From assembly GCA_963708075.1 (NCBI GenBank), contig OY970194.1:3328001-3392000 (forward strand): a stretch of 64,000 nucleotides of DNA. Direction: 5' to 3'. Within the stretch, counting starts at the first letter, position 1; each line of letters begins with the position of its first letter. The position numbers and the translations under genes were made by a program. The notes beneath the pieces are model-generated. The model saw nothing but the letters and a program-made list of their open reading frames with translations, made no database searches and was not told the origin of the DNA. Shown one piece after another: positions 19,301 through 29,844 of the stretch. Source of the DNA: Sedimentisphaerales bacterium (GTDB taxonomy: Bacteria; Planctomycetota; Phycisphaerae; Sedimentisphaerales; Anaerobacaceae).

Positions 19301-19499
19301 GGTCGGCTGCCTGCTCTGGCCACCCTACCGAATCGAACTGACAGATCATCTGAGCCAGGGCGCTAACGAGCTTGTCCTCGTAGTTGCCAACTCCGTCGCG
19401 AACCGTTTTGCCTGGGACCAATGGGGCACGCGCGGCACGGCAAAGCCTGAGCCGTCAGGCATTCTCGGACCTGTAACACTGCTCACCTCGCAGAAATGA
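16308..19499 (+). CDS. Secreted glycoside hydrolase, GH106 (alpha-L-rhamnosidase)-like, with C-terminal GH2-type sugar-binding domain
   Basis: Signal peptide; PFWFWNG, WLYDEYNWPSGGAGG, FYDEP; C-terminal FLDLGQVQHYVEVWLNGK...WPPYRIELT...SGILGPV. Confidence 0.8.
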   Translation: MNKRHDRNSIRRPMLGVVALLGFAFVIAPCSQAAAGNGQSPPRRFLSPSVEEILKLWRDPPRVCSQAPFWFWNGPLDPNTMREQVRMMADKGVHAALPHPRFGMDRRLYLEEPFWKAMDATIDEAQKVGSSIWLYDEYNWPSGGAGGRVTDGHPEFYPRGLDYTFVDCEGPRDFAISKPEASEPVMERFERIVAGFIGPAGDAVPREPWGEVQPNGESITGPVPAGRHRILIFSRCLGRNPSPLDDGSNSMIDYLRPEPTRRFIELTHEQYAKRYDRLFGKQIPAIFYDEPSTMAPAPFPWTFGFADIFRERRGFDLIAKLPALLDDSFPDAGPVRAAYWQTVSERFNECFFDQLAQWCREHGLPLTGHCYEENITHYTNSPHLMEQLRRVDWPGFDALGTRARPAAVKIPVSVTHIEDREEVICEALGLAGGWNCTLDMLRGGYNQLACLGATTFIPHAFFQTVENPRVECPPSFFYQNPYWKYYDRLTALTSRLSLFNRIGRHVAPALVYYPIESLWMDSAGGKGRRSFPWQHTTLGNKGAEATINGFNDLVDGLFNNLWDVDVVDGKALDSARIMQTETGPHIAIGHENYRVLLFPPVRAVAPSALRIAADFAKAGGTVIWTGRLPETTWPTMPNAEFGMRSAECFEDSHGTDHVSRIGAGTAAFFAKPQDAIKGLPQLAKPDIVIESGDGKGLLVSHRRTESADLYLCFNDSDQALSCTLVLPHAHKSTAWLRLDSETGQMNELTAPALDLPPHASAVLLCTSHVGWGLPHRDTTDGPKTSVQLEGPWTIQVVGNALDETWNPSPGETIVELPTFRHRAREFQRHPGWEQRDYNDSGWERVYAVRDQALFVHTSPALLRGMLPPGARAIESPLPVTGEYVLYVNGTEMEKRLTPTSQSGKIDISKATRGIGDVIAVETTSHSGPAGLTGPLRVVCGPVHVDKLEPWSQWNIPWYTGRVLYRTRLNIAEQAHGGRVFLDLGQVQHYVEVWLNGKLVGCLLWPPYRIELTDHLSQGANELVLVVANSVANRFAWDQWGTRGTAKPEPSGILGPVTLLTSQK
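18612..18633. repeat. GTAG-type REP palindrome inside a CDS
   Basis: GTAG-GGTGGGGC-TT-GCCCCACC, read in frame as VGWGLPH. Confidence 0.6.
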
Positions 19500-19666
19500 G
19501 CCCGCGACAGGCCGTCCCAACAGCCCATGCCCGACACAACAGATAGAGACACAGGATTCTACGTCTCCACCGTATTTGCCTCACTCGCACGAATATGTTA
19601 AGATAGAGAAGCCATTCGGGGCGAACCGGGTTCGTCCGAAATCCACACAGGCATGATCGGAAATGG

Positions 19667-22600
19667 GTGTTGTCGGAGTTCGTGAGGCTGAGGATGCAGA
19701 AGGTCAAGGGAATTGGGGATTTCGGATTGCGGATTGCGGATTGTGGGTTCGAATCGACGCGCGCTGTCAATCCGCCATCCGCAATCCGCAATCCGCAATG
19801 GAGACTGCCTGTCGCGACACTGGCTTTGTGCGTTCTACTTCTTGCCCCTGGAATCTACGGTGCACCTGCGTCTGAGCCCAACATATTCGTGGTGATCAAC
19901 GAGATTTTGGCCGACAACGGCACGTCCGGGCGTGATCCCCAAAATCAGTCTGACGATTGGATCGAGTTGTACAATGGCGGCGACAGCCCCATCGACCTCG
20001 GCGGGATGTATCTGACCGACGACCTCTCTATCCCGACAAAGTGGCAAATTCCCGTGAATGCGCCGGCCGCCACCACGATTGCGGCTCATGGCTACCTGCT
20101 GATCTGGGCGGACGGCGACACGGCCGATGCCGGCCTGCACGCCGGCTTTCGGCTCAGTGCCGATGGCGAGCAGATCGGCCTCTTCGCCGCCGACGGGACG
20201 ACCCAGATCGACGGTTTCTCCTTCGATGAACAAAGCGTCGACATCTCCTATGGTCGGTACCCGGACGGGGACCCGAACCTGCAACTGCTGAGCCCGCCGA
20301 CGCCGGGGATCGGCAACGTCATCATCTATCAGGGCATTGCAGAGGAACCACAGATCAGCCCCGCAAGTTGCCTGATCACGACTCCCGTCACCGTCACGAT
20401 CACCACGCCGATCGACGGGGCGGAGATCTACTACACGACTGATGGCACCGAGCCGTTCAGCGTCGGCAGAGGCCGGCCCCTGGGCTCCATCTACGCGGGT
20501 CCCATCCGCATCGGCAGAACGGCGACCCTCAAAGCGATCGCATGGCGGCCGGGATGGAAGGAGAGCCAGACCCGCACGGAACGGTACGTCTTCATCGGCG
20601 CCGACCTCCGCAACTTCAGCTCGCCGCTGCCGATTGCCGTAGTGGACACCATGAGCAAGGGGGTCTCCAGGCCGCAGGTGCCGGCCTACGGCTACTTCTT
20701 CAACACCGATGAGACGGGTCGGGCCATTATCGCCGAGGAAATTGACTTCGCCGGCAGAGCGGCCATCAACATACGAGGCCAGAGTTCGGGAGGCTTCCCC
20801 AAGCGACAGTACCACTTCGAGACGTGGGACGAGCGCAACAAGGACAGGAGCGTCTCGATCCTCGGTCTTCCGGCCGAGTCGGACTGGGTCCTCCAGGGAT
20901 CTTACTCGGATAAGTCCCTGATGCGCAACGTCCTGCCCTACCGGTGGAGCAACGACATCGGCCAATACGCCCCGCGCACGCGACTCATCGAGCTGTTCCT
21001 CAACACGAATGACGACACCATCGCCATGAGCGACTACGTGGGCGTGTATGTCCTCGTGGAGAAGATCAAGCTCGGCCCGGACCGCGTGGACGTCGGCGAG
21101 CCTCCCGCAGGCGGCGGATCGGCGATCACCGGTGGGTACATCATCAAGAAGGACAAGACCGAGGGCGGCGATGTGACATTTTCCACGAGCCGAGGCCAGA
21201 CCCTGGTCTATGCCGACCCCAACGGCTTTGATCTGTCCCAGCAGGAAAAGGACTGGATCAAGAACTTCGTCAACGCATTTGAGGCAGCGCTGTACGGGTA
21301 CAACTTCACGGACCCGGTGAACGGGTACGCGAAATTTATCGACGTAGACTCGTTCATCGATCATCACATCATCGTCGAGACGGCCAAGAACGTCGACGGT
21401 TTTCGTATCAGCACCTATATGTATATCGACCACGCCGGCAAACTGCACATGGGGCCCGTCTGGGACTACGACCTGTCCCTGGGCAATGCCGCCGGCTATT
21501 GGAACGACGGCTGGCTCCCGACCGGCTGGTATTTCAGCCATCTCGGCGACGGCGATTACCCCTACTGGCGGCGCCTGTTCCAGGATCCCGAGTTCAGGAT
21601 GCGCTACGCCGACCGGTGGTTCGAATTGCGAAGGGACCCGTTCACCACCAACCGTATGATGCAGATGATCGAGGACTACGCCACCATTCTGGATGAGCCG
21701 CAGGCGCGGAACTTCCAGCGATGGGCCATCCTCGGCATCTATGTCTGGCCGAACTGGTTCATCGCCAAGACCTGGCGAGAGGAAATCGACTGGATGAAAG
21801 GCTGGCTGACCGACCACCTCAAGTGGATGGACAGCCAGATCGCCATCGAGTTCGCACCGGCTCCGCCCTCCTTCAGCGTTCAGGGAGGCCATGTGACCCC
21901 AGGGCTCGCGCTCGCCATGAGCAGTACTGCCGGGACGATCTACTACACCCTGGACGGCTCGGACCCGCGGTCATCCGGTCAGCCGACCGGCGCGACGAAC
22001 ACGCTCCGCCTGGCGCCGGAGAACGCATCCAAGCGGGTGCTCGTCCCAACCGGGCCGGTCGCCGACGCATGGCGAGGCGGTGCGGCATTTGACGATGCCG
22101 CGTGGACACTCGTTACAGGCGGGCCCGGCGGCGTCGGATACGAGAGAGCTGCGGGGTACGAGAATTACATCACGTACGATGTCGGACCCCAAATGTACAA
22201 TATTGGGACCGGCTGTCTCGTGCGGATCGCCTTCCCGTTCCAGGGCAACACCACAGACGTAACCGCCATGACGCTGCGGGTCCGCTACGATGACGGGTTC
22301 ATTGCTTACCTCAACGGCGCCGAGATCGCCAGGCGGAATTCCCCGGGCGTGCCGGCGTGGAACTCGGCCGCCACGGCAATAAACGACGATGCCGCCGCGG
22401 TCAGTTTCGAGAACATCCCGGTCCTCAACTTCGCTCAGGCACTCAGGAAAGGCGATAATATCCTGGCGATCCACGCCCTGAACGAGTCCGCCGGGAGCTC
22501 GGATTTCCTGATCTCCGTCGAGCTCACAGCCGACGTGCTGACTCAGCAGGACACATCAGGGACACAGAAGTATGCGTCGCCCGTGCCCATCACACAGACT

Positions 22601-24199
22601 TCTCATGTCAAGGCAAGGGCGCTGAACGGGAGCAAATGGAGCGTGTTGAACGAGGCGGTCTTCGCCGTCGGGCCGTTGGCTCAGAGCCTGCGGATCAGCG
22701 AGATCATGTATCACCCACTTGAAACCGGCAGTCCCGACGATCCCAATACCGAGTTCATCGAGTTGACCAACATCGGCGCCGGGAGCATCAATCTGAACCT
22801 GGTCAAATTCGTCAATGGCGTCGATTTCACCTTCCCCAGCTACGATCTGGCACCGGGCGGCTATTGCATCGTCGTCAGGAATACGGCCGCGTTCCAAGCC
22901 AGGTACGGCTCGGAACTGCCGGTTGTGGGCCAATACGCGGGCAGCCTGGACAATGCGGGCGAGCGGATCGAGCTGCTCGATCCTGTGGGCACGGTCATTC
23001 ACGATTTCCGCTTCGAAGACAACTGGTTCGATATCACCGACGGGGTGGGCTTTTCTCTTACAGTGAACGACCCCCGGACAGCGGACCCGAATGCGTATGA
23101 TGACAAGAGTCTCTGGCGACCCAGCGCCAAGGCCGGCGGCTCGCCAGGAGCCGACGACAGCGGCCAGGTGCCTCCACCAGGGGCGGTGGTCATCAATGAG
23201 CTTCTGGCCAACTCGCAAGGCAGCGGCCCCGACTGGATCGAGTTGCACAATACGACCGGGCAGCCGATCGATATCGGAGGCTGGTTCCTCAGCGATGACG
23301 CGAATAACCTGACCAGGTATGAGATTGCCGCCGGCGTGGGCATCCCTGCCGGTGGATACGTGGTGTTCTACGAGAACCGGCACTTCGCCAGTGATGCCGA
23401 TCCCGGCAGCCATGAGTCCTTTGGCCTCAGTGCCGATGGCGAAACGCTTTATCTGCACTCCGGCTCGGCGGGCGTGCTGACCGGTTATAGCGAGCAGGAG
23501 GAATTCGACGCCTCCGAGGCGGGCGTGACTCTGGGCCGCTATGAAAAGAGCACGGGCGCATACAACTTTGTGGCCCTGAGTGAGCCTACCCCGGGCCAAG
23601 CCAACGCCGCTCCGCAGGTCGGGCCGGTGGTGATCAATGAGATCATGTACCATCCGGATACAACTGCCGATGCCGAGTATGTGGAGCTGCTCAACATCAG
23701 CAATGAGCCCGTGACGCTGTATGACGCAGAACAAGAGGCTCCCTGGCGATTCATCGCCGATGCGGGGATTGAGTTTCTGTTTCCCACGGACCCGCCCGTG
23801 ACGCTCGCTGCGGGCGAATACCTGCTATTGGTCAAAGACACAAGCCTGTTCAGCTCGAAATACACGGCCCCTGCCGGCGTGCAGGTCCTGGCCTGGAGTT
23901 TGGGCAATCTGGCGGATAGCGGCGGGAAACTCCAGCTCAACAAGCCCTGCAGCATGGACGAAGATGGCACACGTCATTGGATCCGCGTGGACCGCGTCGT
24001 CTACAGCGATGGTTCACACCCGCAGGATTTCACGGGCAATGCCGACCCCTGGCCGGCCCAGGCGGATGGCCAAGGCTCATCGCTGATCCGGACGGCAGCC
24101 GCCGCATATGGCAACGATCCGGACAACTGGCACACAGCAACGCCATCGCCCGGTCAGGCAATCGCCCTCACACCGCGCGGCCCAGGGCCCAACCGCTGA
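19667..24199 (+). CDS. Large secreted lamin-tail domain / CotH kinase protein (start uncertain, 19667 or 19693)
   Basis: Four LTD repeats (VINE..DWIELYN and variants); CotH motifs IRGQSS, DKSLMRN, YVGVYVLVEKI, GPVWDYD; IYYTTDG linker domains. Confidence 0.88.
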   Translation: MLSEFVRLRMQKVKGIGDFGLRIADCGFESTRAVNPPSAIRNPQWRLPVATLALCVLLLAPGIYGAPASEPNIFVVINEILADNGTSGRDPQNQSDDWIELYNGGDSPIDLGGMYLTDDLSIPTKWQIPVNAPAATTIAAHGYLLIWADGDTADAGLHAGFRLSADGEQIGLFAADGTTQIDGFSFDEQSVDISYGRYPDGDPNLQLLSPPTPGIGNVIIYQGIAEEPQISPASCLITTPVTVTITTPIDGAEIYYTTDGTEPFSVGRGRPLGSIYAGPIRIGRTATLKAIAWRPGWKESQTRTERYVFIGADLRNFSSPLPIAVVDTMSKGVSRPQVPAYGYFFNTDETGRAIIAEEIDFAGRAAINIRGQSSGGFPKRQYHFETWDERNKDRSVSILGLPAESDWVLQGSYSDKSLMRNVLPYRWSNDIGQYAPRTRLIELFLNTNDDTIAMSDYVGVYVLVEKIKLGPDRVDVGEPPAGGGSAITGGYIIKKDKTEGGDVTFSTSRGQTLVYADPNGFDLSQQEKDWIKNFVNAFEAALYGYNFTDPVNGYAKFIDVDSFIDHHIIVETAKNVDGFRISTYMYIDHAGKLHMGPVWDYDLSLGNAAGYWNDGWLPTGWYFSHLGDGDYPYWRRLFQDPEFRMRYADRWFELRRDPFTTNRMMQMIEDYATILDEPQARNFQRWAILGIYVWPNWFIAKTWREEIDWMKGWLTDHLKWMDSQIAIEFAPAPPSFSVQGGHVTPGLALAMSSTAGTIYYTLDGSDPRSSGQPTGATNTLRLAPENASKRVLVPTGPVADAWRGGAAFDDAAWTLVTGGPGGVGYERAAGYENYITYDVGPQMYNIGTGCLVRIAFPFQGNTTDVTAMTLRVRYDDGFIAYLNGAEIARRNSPGVPAWNSAATAINDDAAAVSFENIPVLNFAQALRKGDNILAIHALNESAGSSDFLISVELTADVLTQQDTSGTQKYASPVPITQTSHVKARALNGSKWSVLNEAVFAVGPLAQSLRISEIMYHPLETGSPDDPNTEFIELTNIGAGSINLNLVKFVNGVDFTFPSYDLAPGGYCIVVRNTAAFQARYGSELPVVGQYAGSLDNAGERIELLDPVGTVIHDFRFEDNWFDITDGVGFSLTVNDPRTADPNAYDDKSLWRPSAKAGGSPGADDSGQVPPPGAVVINELLANSQGSGPDWIELHNTTGQPIDIGGWFLSDDANNLTRYEIAAGVGIPAGGYVVFYENRHFASDADPGSHESFGLSADGETLYLHSGSAGVLTGYSEQEEFDASEAGVTLGRYEKSTGAYNFVALSEPTPGQANAAPQVGPVVINEIMYHPDTTADAEYVELLNISNEPVTLYDAEQEAPWRFIADAGIEFLFPTDPPVTLAAGEYLLLVKDTSLFSSKYTAPAGVQVLAWSLGNLADSGGKLQLNKPCSMDEDGTRHWIRVDRVVYSDGSHPQDFTGNADPWPAQADGQGSSLIRTAAAAYGNDPDNWHTATPSPGQAIALTPRGPGPNR
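19717..19800. repeat. Inverted heptamer arrays at the 5' end of the LTD/CotH gene
   Basis: (GATTKYG)x4 ... (CGCAATC-like)x4. Confidence 0.8.
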
Positions 24200-24399
24200 T
24201 CCACGATAACAGTTGACAGAACCCCCGCCCGACCCTACAAATGGAAGCTGATGTACCTGTCAAGCACCGGCGGGACCATCCCGGAAACCCGCCTATCCCT
24301 TTGGGATACAGGCACTTACATCCCAGAGTCCCTAACTCGCATTTTGCCCCATCCGTGGGTTTTACTTGGTCTACCCATGTGAATCGTTGCCTGATATGG

Positions 24400-26601
24400 T
24401 CACCACAGGATCTTGACCTGCTGTTTTGAAACGCCTGATAGAGACTCGAAACATACCGTGTGGCTCTCTTCATGCCACTGATACTCGCTCAGTTCTCGAT
24501 CTCCACTCTTGATGGTTGTGGGACGCTTCGGCAGGCGTACGCGGGAGACAATCCGGACACCCTCCGGGGCGGAGAGCACGAACTCGACGCCGTGGTCCGT
24601 CTGCATCCAGGTTTCAAACCGTCCGGCCGAGGCCACGGGCTCTGCTTTGTCCTGTTCCAGCCGGTTCAAGTCGAGCAGCCAAGCCTGCTGCCCCGGTTGC
24701 AGGGTCACACCGTCAAGCACCGGCAGGTTGGCATCATAGATATCCACAAACAGGCCCTTAAGTTCAAGCGGTGTCTCCTTGACGGACTCCCGCAGACATG
24801 CGGCAATCACATAGGGACCACGACGCAGTTGGAGGAAATTGTGCTCCCGGTAGAGCAGGCCCGCGGCGTCGGCGGACCGCCTGACTACGGCACGATAAGT
24901 GTCCGCCGCCTCTGGGGAGCGTGAGTAATAGGCCGGATGTTTTCTCTCGACAAACACGTGGCCTTTGCCAAAGGTGTAACGTCCTTCCCCCGCCGTTCGA
25001 TCCAACCCGAGCACATCGAACAAGTGCTGGGCGGGCGTCTCGTATTGGTTCTTGCCGGTATTCCACCAGCCCGTGATGGTATTGAAGGGATCGGTATCGG
25101 CCCCCACGTAGAGGAGCACGCCACCCTGGGCCACCCATTCAGCCAGGGCCTGATTGACCGCCGGTGTTTCCGGTTTGATGAATTCGTAGCTCAACACGAG
25201 CACCTTGTAGTCACGGAGATAGTTGGGAAAGCGGGCCACATTGTCGAGCTGGACCGGCTGGACCGGCACGCCATGCTTGAGCAGCGGAAGCGTCAGCCCG
25301 TAGAACGCAGAGAAGTATTGGACGTCCCTTCTCTCGGCCCTGGTCGGATCGCTGCCGTCTCTGGCCGCCAGTCGGTACGCCGGCTCGGCCCGCTGAAACA
25401 TCCCCGAATCGGCCATGAACACGCCCACGCCATGGGTTGCGTCCTGCCATTCGATGTCCGCCTGGTTCATGTCGCGCAACTGATTGAACACCGTGCACAA
25501 GGTCGTGGCATAGGCCCCCGGGATCGGCTTGGCCTCGGGGGAGCCGGCGGGGTATTTGCCCAGGAATATACGCGACGGCCAGGGACAGATCTCGTAGTGC
25601 CAGATGTGGGGCTGGAGCAGCGAGGCGATCAGCGTCGCCTTGTAGTTGACGCGATAGTCGTCCCAATCGTGTCTGGGATTGTCCTCGATCGGATCGGCCA
25701 GGAACCACATGCGACGGTTGGTCCCGCGCACCAGCTCCTGCATCACACCGTACTCCAGAAAGGCGGTCTCAAAGGTACGTTCCGCGGCCTTGCCCTGGTA
25801 GATGTTCGCGGTTCTGGCTGTGCCCGTCCATATCTGCGCGATGCAGCCGTCCACCACGCTGGAATCGATCAATGACGATTGCGGAGACACAATCGACCAC
25901 TGCGTGTAATTGATCAGGCTGTGAGTGGGCACATAGATGCGGAGTTCGCGATGGTGTTTCTGCAAGGCGTACTCCTTGCAGGCCTCCGCCACGCGCCGCA
26001 GGGCCCGGCCGTACAGATAGTATTTCAACCGGCTGGCCTTGTACTGAGCATCCGGCGAACTATCGGCCCGCACGTACGGCTCATGGTAGTAGAGTTGCCA
26101 TTCCCTCGCAAAGGCCGGAGAAAATCCCGTATCGGCCCAGAACTCCGGCTCTTCCAGGTGGATGGCGAGCACTCCGGCGTCAATCATGGGTTTGAGCTTC
26201 TCCGTCATGTAATCGGCGAACTCGATCGACGGCACCACATAGGGAACGCGCGGGCCGTGGAGCTTTTCCTTGCCGTCGGCCTCCATTTGCGACAGAGACA
26301 TGATGTCCCGGCCGTTGATGTCCTTGAAATCTTGATAGTCCCCCCAGGCAATCCCGGTCATCAGGTGGGACACATAACCCTTCTCGACCCAGGATTGGAT
26401 CGCGGGGATGCGACTTTCGTGGATCCCATACACCATTACGAAATCGTTGCGGAGATCATAGGCCGGGGTATAGGGCCTGGGGTCTTGAAAACCGGTCAAC
26501 TCCAGCCCCCGGTCCGTGACCAGGCGAATCTTCTCCTGTGCATGGACTGAAAGAGTCGACAGAGTTGTCATCAATCCAATCAGTAGTATTCTCTTCTTCA
26601 T
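24400..26601 (-). CDS. Secreted hypothetical protein, probable glycoside hydrolase (TIM barrel plus GATase-like trimerisation domain)
   Basis: Signal peptide MKKRILLIGL..VHA; AIHLEEPEF; DYKVLVLSYEF...WVAQGGVLLYVG. Confidence 0.65.
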   Translation of the reverse strand: MKKRILLIGLMTTLSTLSVHAQEKIRLVTDRGLELTGFQDPRPYTPAYDLRNDFVMVYGIHESRIPAIQSWVEKGYVSHLMTGIAWGDYQDFKDINGRDIMSLSQMEADGKEKLHGPRVPYVVPSIEFADYMTEKLKPMIDAGVLAIHLEEPEFWADTGFSPAFAREWQLYYHEPYVRADSSPDAQYKASRLKYYLYGRALRRVAEACKEYALQKHHRELRIYVPTHSLINYTQWSIVSPQSSLIDSSVVDGCIAQIWTGTARTANIYQGKAAERTFETAFLEYGVMQELVRGTNRRMWFLADPIEDNPRHDWDDYRVNYKATLIASLLQPHIWHYEICPWPSRIFLGKYPAGSPEAKPIPGAYATTLCTVFNQLRDMNQADIEWQDATHGVGVFMADSGMFQRAEPAYRLAARDGSDPTRAERRDVQYFSAFYGLTLPLLKHGVPVQPVQLDNVARFPNYLRDYKVLVLSYEFIKPETPAVNQALAEWVAQGGVLLYVGADTDPFNTITGWWNTGKNQYETPAQHLFDVLGLDRTAGEGRYTFGKGHVFVERKHPAYYSRSPEAADTYRAVVRRSADAAGLLYREHNFLQLRRGPYVIAACLRESVKETPLELKGLFVDIYDANLPVLDGVTLQPGQQAWLLDLNRLEQDKAEPVASAGRFETWMQTDHGVEFVLSAPEGVRIVSRVRLPKRPTTIKSGDRELSEYQWHEESHTVCFESLSGVSKQQVKILW

Positions 26602-27050
26602 GGTACCCACTTTCGTTTATAGACACTCTTAACGTTGAGTTCAGTGATACGGGACCAGCCGTCAGAATACAATTGGAATCCCTCGTATAGTGCGGGTATT
26701 ATCCGAGCGCAAGTATCTTCATCTCCTTGACTTGCGCCAAGATCTGACGAAAGCCCTTGTCTATCACTTCCGGGTCCATTAGCTTCTCGGGACTGTGAAG
26801 CGGAATCTGTGGCTTACCATGGCACACGCGTGGCGTCCTTCGTTGACAACGAACTCTGAAAGGCCATGGAGTACCTCAAGAAGCAGGTTCCGCTATCGCC
26901 TGTCGCAGAATTGAGGTCGTTGGGCTTGGAAATCCAGGGGCGGGATGTCATACTGGTACTCGAAAAGGCCGGCGTCGTAGCCGGTCATCGTCAAATGGGA
27001 AATGTCGAACTATGGTATCCTGATACTCGGTAGGATTTACACTTTGATGT

Positions 27051-29756
27051 ATGGGAGATCGCACGGGTTCTGAAACAAGAATCGTCCTGCCGTTCGCGGA
27101 GATTACCGAATCGGATGCTGGCATGGTGGGGCCCAAAGCCTTCAATCTGGCGCAAATGAGCCACTTGGGTCTGCCTGTACCTGATGGTTTGTGCATAACA
27201 ACATCCGGGTATAAGAACCATGTCGAAAGCATCCAGGGCTTCCACGAGATGGTTGCGGCGCTGGCGGATGCTTCGGCGCGACCGGCCGCGCTCCTGGCGA
27301 AGATCAGAAAGGCCATCGTGGACCAGCCTTTGTTGCCGCGTCCGTGGGACTCGATCAGGGAATGCTGCGACCGGCTGCGGATCATGCCGATGGCGGTCCG
27401 GTCCTCTGCCACGGCCGAAGACCTGGAGGATCGCTCCTTTGCCGGGCAATACGAAACCTATCTGCACGTCCAGGATGTGGAGCAGTGCCGCGACGCCATC
27501 AAGGGGTGTTGGGCCTCCCTGTGGTCGGAACGCGCCTACAGTTACCGGCAGTCAACCAAGCTGCGCAGCAACGACATATGGATGGCGGTCATCGTTCAAC
27601 AAATGGTGTGCGCCGATGCCTCGGGGGTGATGTTTACGGCGGACCCGGTGGCACAGGACAGGAACCGGCTGGTGATCGAAGCGTGCTATGGCGTAGGAGA
27701 TGCTCTGGTGGCGGGGCGTGTAACTCCGGATCGATTTGTCATAGACAAGTTCACCGGTGCCGTGGTGCGACAAAGCCTGTCCGAACAAATGCGAAGAGAC
27801 AGAGTACGGGAGGCTAACCCGGCACAGGCAGACGGCGCAAGCACCATGCAGGATCCCTGCATTGACGAGGCCACGATTGGCAAGCTGTTCGACCTGGCCG
27901 CCACGATCGAAAAGTACTACCAGTGTCCTCAGGATATTGAGTGGGCCGTGTGCGCCTCGGAGGTGCGCATTCTCCAGAGCCGGGCCATCACGACTATGCG
28001 GAAGGCACCCTCCTGGGAAGATCGCCAAGTGTGGTCTTGCGTCAATACGCGAGAAGTCATGCCGGACGTGCTGACGCCCTCGACATGGTCGCTCATGTCC
28101 GATCTGCTGGAGTCCACGCTGAACATGGTGCTGGACATGATTGGCCTCGACCGCGGAAATAGTCCCGTAGTCGGCCTGGTGGCTGGCCGGTGCTATGGAA
28201 ATCTCAACACGCTGCTGGGAATCGCCCGCAAACTGCCCATTGTGCGGAGGGCCAGGCTCAATACGATTTTTGGCGATACCGCTCCCGGAGAGGAAGCCCG
28301 GAGATGGATCGAACTGGCCACGCAGAACTGTGCCGAAGTGAGATCGCACTTCGGCAAAGCCCTGTTGAAGCTGCCCGGTAACTTCTTTCACGCAATTTTC
28401 TTTACGGAAAAGAAGGGGGAACGCGCGATCGCGGATATGCAGCGCGTGGTCCAGGACTTTGACGCGCTCGACCTGAAGCAATTGTCCGCCAGGGAGATCA
28501 TCGACCATCTTACCCAATCGGTTGAATACCTCAGGCAATTCATCTCTCGCGCACGTCACGGCTCAATCTACAGCGGCGTCGCGATTGCGGCTTTTATGTT
28601 GCTGCGCAAAGTGTGCGCGCGGTGGCTCGGCGAAAGCGAAGGTTTCGCCAACGGTCTGCTGATTGGCGTGGGCGACATGACGGATGCCCGGTCGGGGCTC
28701 GATCTGTGGCAATTGGCCGAAGAGGCCTGCCGCCATCCTCCGGTCAAATCCGCTATTCTGTCTGGAGATACGTGGGAGCACGTCTCGGAGGCCATCCGGC
28801 CAGTCGTGGGGGGAGACCAGTTCCTCCATAGCTGGGCGGAGTACATGCGGAAACATGGACATCATGCACGGGGTGAATTCGAACTCTACAATGCGCGCTG
28901 GTGTGAGCGACCCGACTATATCCTGTCCATTGTCCGCAGCTTCATGTCGGCGTTGGAGCAGACCAATGTGGTGACGGCGTGGCGCGAACGAACGGAGAAG
29001 CGGCGCCAACTGGTGCAGGAGTGCCGCGAGAGGCTGAAGAACCCCCTCCGAAGAGCGGCTTTCAACCGCCTTGTGACGCGGGCGCAGCATTTTGTCACGG
29101 TGCGGGAGAACTCTAAGGATCACCTCATTCGCCTGTTCATGACTTGGCGCCGGCTGCTCCTGGCGCTGGGGGATCGGTTGCACGCCCAGGGCACGCTCCG
29201 AAGCACAGAGGACGTTTTCTTCCTGACCCTGGCGGAGATGCGGGCCGTCGCGACGGGCGCATCGGATGGGGATACGCAGGCCAAGATCGAACTGAGGAAA
29301 TCCGAATATGAGAGCTTTCGCGACATCACTCCTCCGATTACGGTGCTGGGACGATTCCGGCCGCAGACGAGGCCGCCGGTCCGGGAGGACGCCACGGCAG
29401 AGCTCCTCAGCGGATTGGCGGTGTGCCCGGGAATCGTTCAGGGCAAAGCCAGGGTGATTCAGAGTGTGGAGGATGAAAGCAACGTGCTGCCCGGAGAGAT
29501 TCTGGTGGCGCCGTTCACGGATCCGGGTTGGACGCCTTATCTGGTCTCCTCGTCGGGTATTGTGATCGATCAGGGTGGTCTATTGTCACACGGCAGTATC
29601 ATCGCACGGGAATACGGGATTCCTACCGTTGTCAATGTCGGCCCGGCTACGCGCATCATCAAGACTGGTGACACCGTCGAAGTTAACGGCGATCAGGGTA
29701 CGGTCAGAATCCTGAGCCGATGGCATAGCCAAAGACCTGCTTCCGAACTCAAATGA
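27051..29756 (+). CDS. PEP/pyruvate-binding domain phosphotransferase, rifampin phosphotransferase-like architecture
   Basis: ATP-grasp VGPKAFNL, AVRSSATAED..SFAGQYET, PQDIEWA, LQSRAIT; helical middle; C-terminal swivel domain GLLSHGSIIAREYGIP. Confidence 0.88.
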   Translation: MGDRTGSETRIVLPFAEITESDAGMVGPKAFNLAQMSHLGLPVPDGLCITTSGYKNHVESIQGFHEMVAALADASARPAALLAKIRKAIVDQPLLPRPWDSIRECCDRLRIMPMAVRSSATAEDLEDRSFAGQYETYLHVQDVEQCRDAIKGCWASLWSERAYSYRQSTKLRSNDIWMAVIVQQMVCADASGVMFTADPVAQDRNRLVIEACYGVGDALVAGRVTPDRFVIDKFTGAVVRQSLSEQMRRDRVREANPAQADGASTMQDPCIDEATIGKLFDLAATIEKYYQCPQDIEWAVCASEVRILQSRAITTMRKAPSWEDRQVWSCVNTREVMPDVLTPSTWSLMSDLLESTLNMVLDMIGLDRGNSPVVGLVAGRCYGNLNTLLGIARKLPIVRRARLNTIFGDTAPGEEARRWIELATQNCAEVRSHFGKALLKLPGNFFHAIFFTEKKGERAIADMQRVVQDFDALDLKQLSAREIIDHLTQSVEYLRQFISRARHGSIYSGVAIAAFMLLRKVCARWLGESEGFANGLLIGVGDMTDARSGLDLWQLAEEACRHPPVKSAILSGDTWEHVSEAIRPVVGGDQFLHSWAEYMRKHGHHARGEFELYNARWCERPDYILSIVRSFMSALEQTNVVTAWRERTEKRRQLVQECRERLKNPLRRAAFNRLVTRAQHFVTVRENSKDHLIRLFMTWRRLLLALGDRLHAQGTLRSTEDVFFLTLAEMRAVATGASDGDTQAKIELRKSEYESFRDITPPITVLGRFRPQTRPPVREDATAELLSGLAVCPGIVQGKARVIQSVEDESNVLPGEILVAPFTDPGWTPYLVSSSGIVIDQGGLLSHGSIIAREYGIPTVVNVGPATRIIKTGDTVEVNGDQGTVRILSRWHSQRPASELK

Positions 29757-29844
29757 TATACAATTGATGTCAGGAAGAATATAACTCCAAGAACTGAGGA
29801 TCGCGTACCGACGTTCGATCAACTCGTGAATCCGCTTCCAGTGC

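Noticed and set aside
26727..26745. CTTGCGCCAAG resembling the rifamycin-associated element upstream of the RPH-like gene
   Set aside because: Only the core matches, the flanking arms do not, it lies about 300 bp upstream, and the element is known from Actinobacteria; chance is likely.
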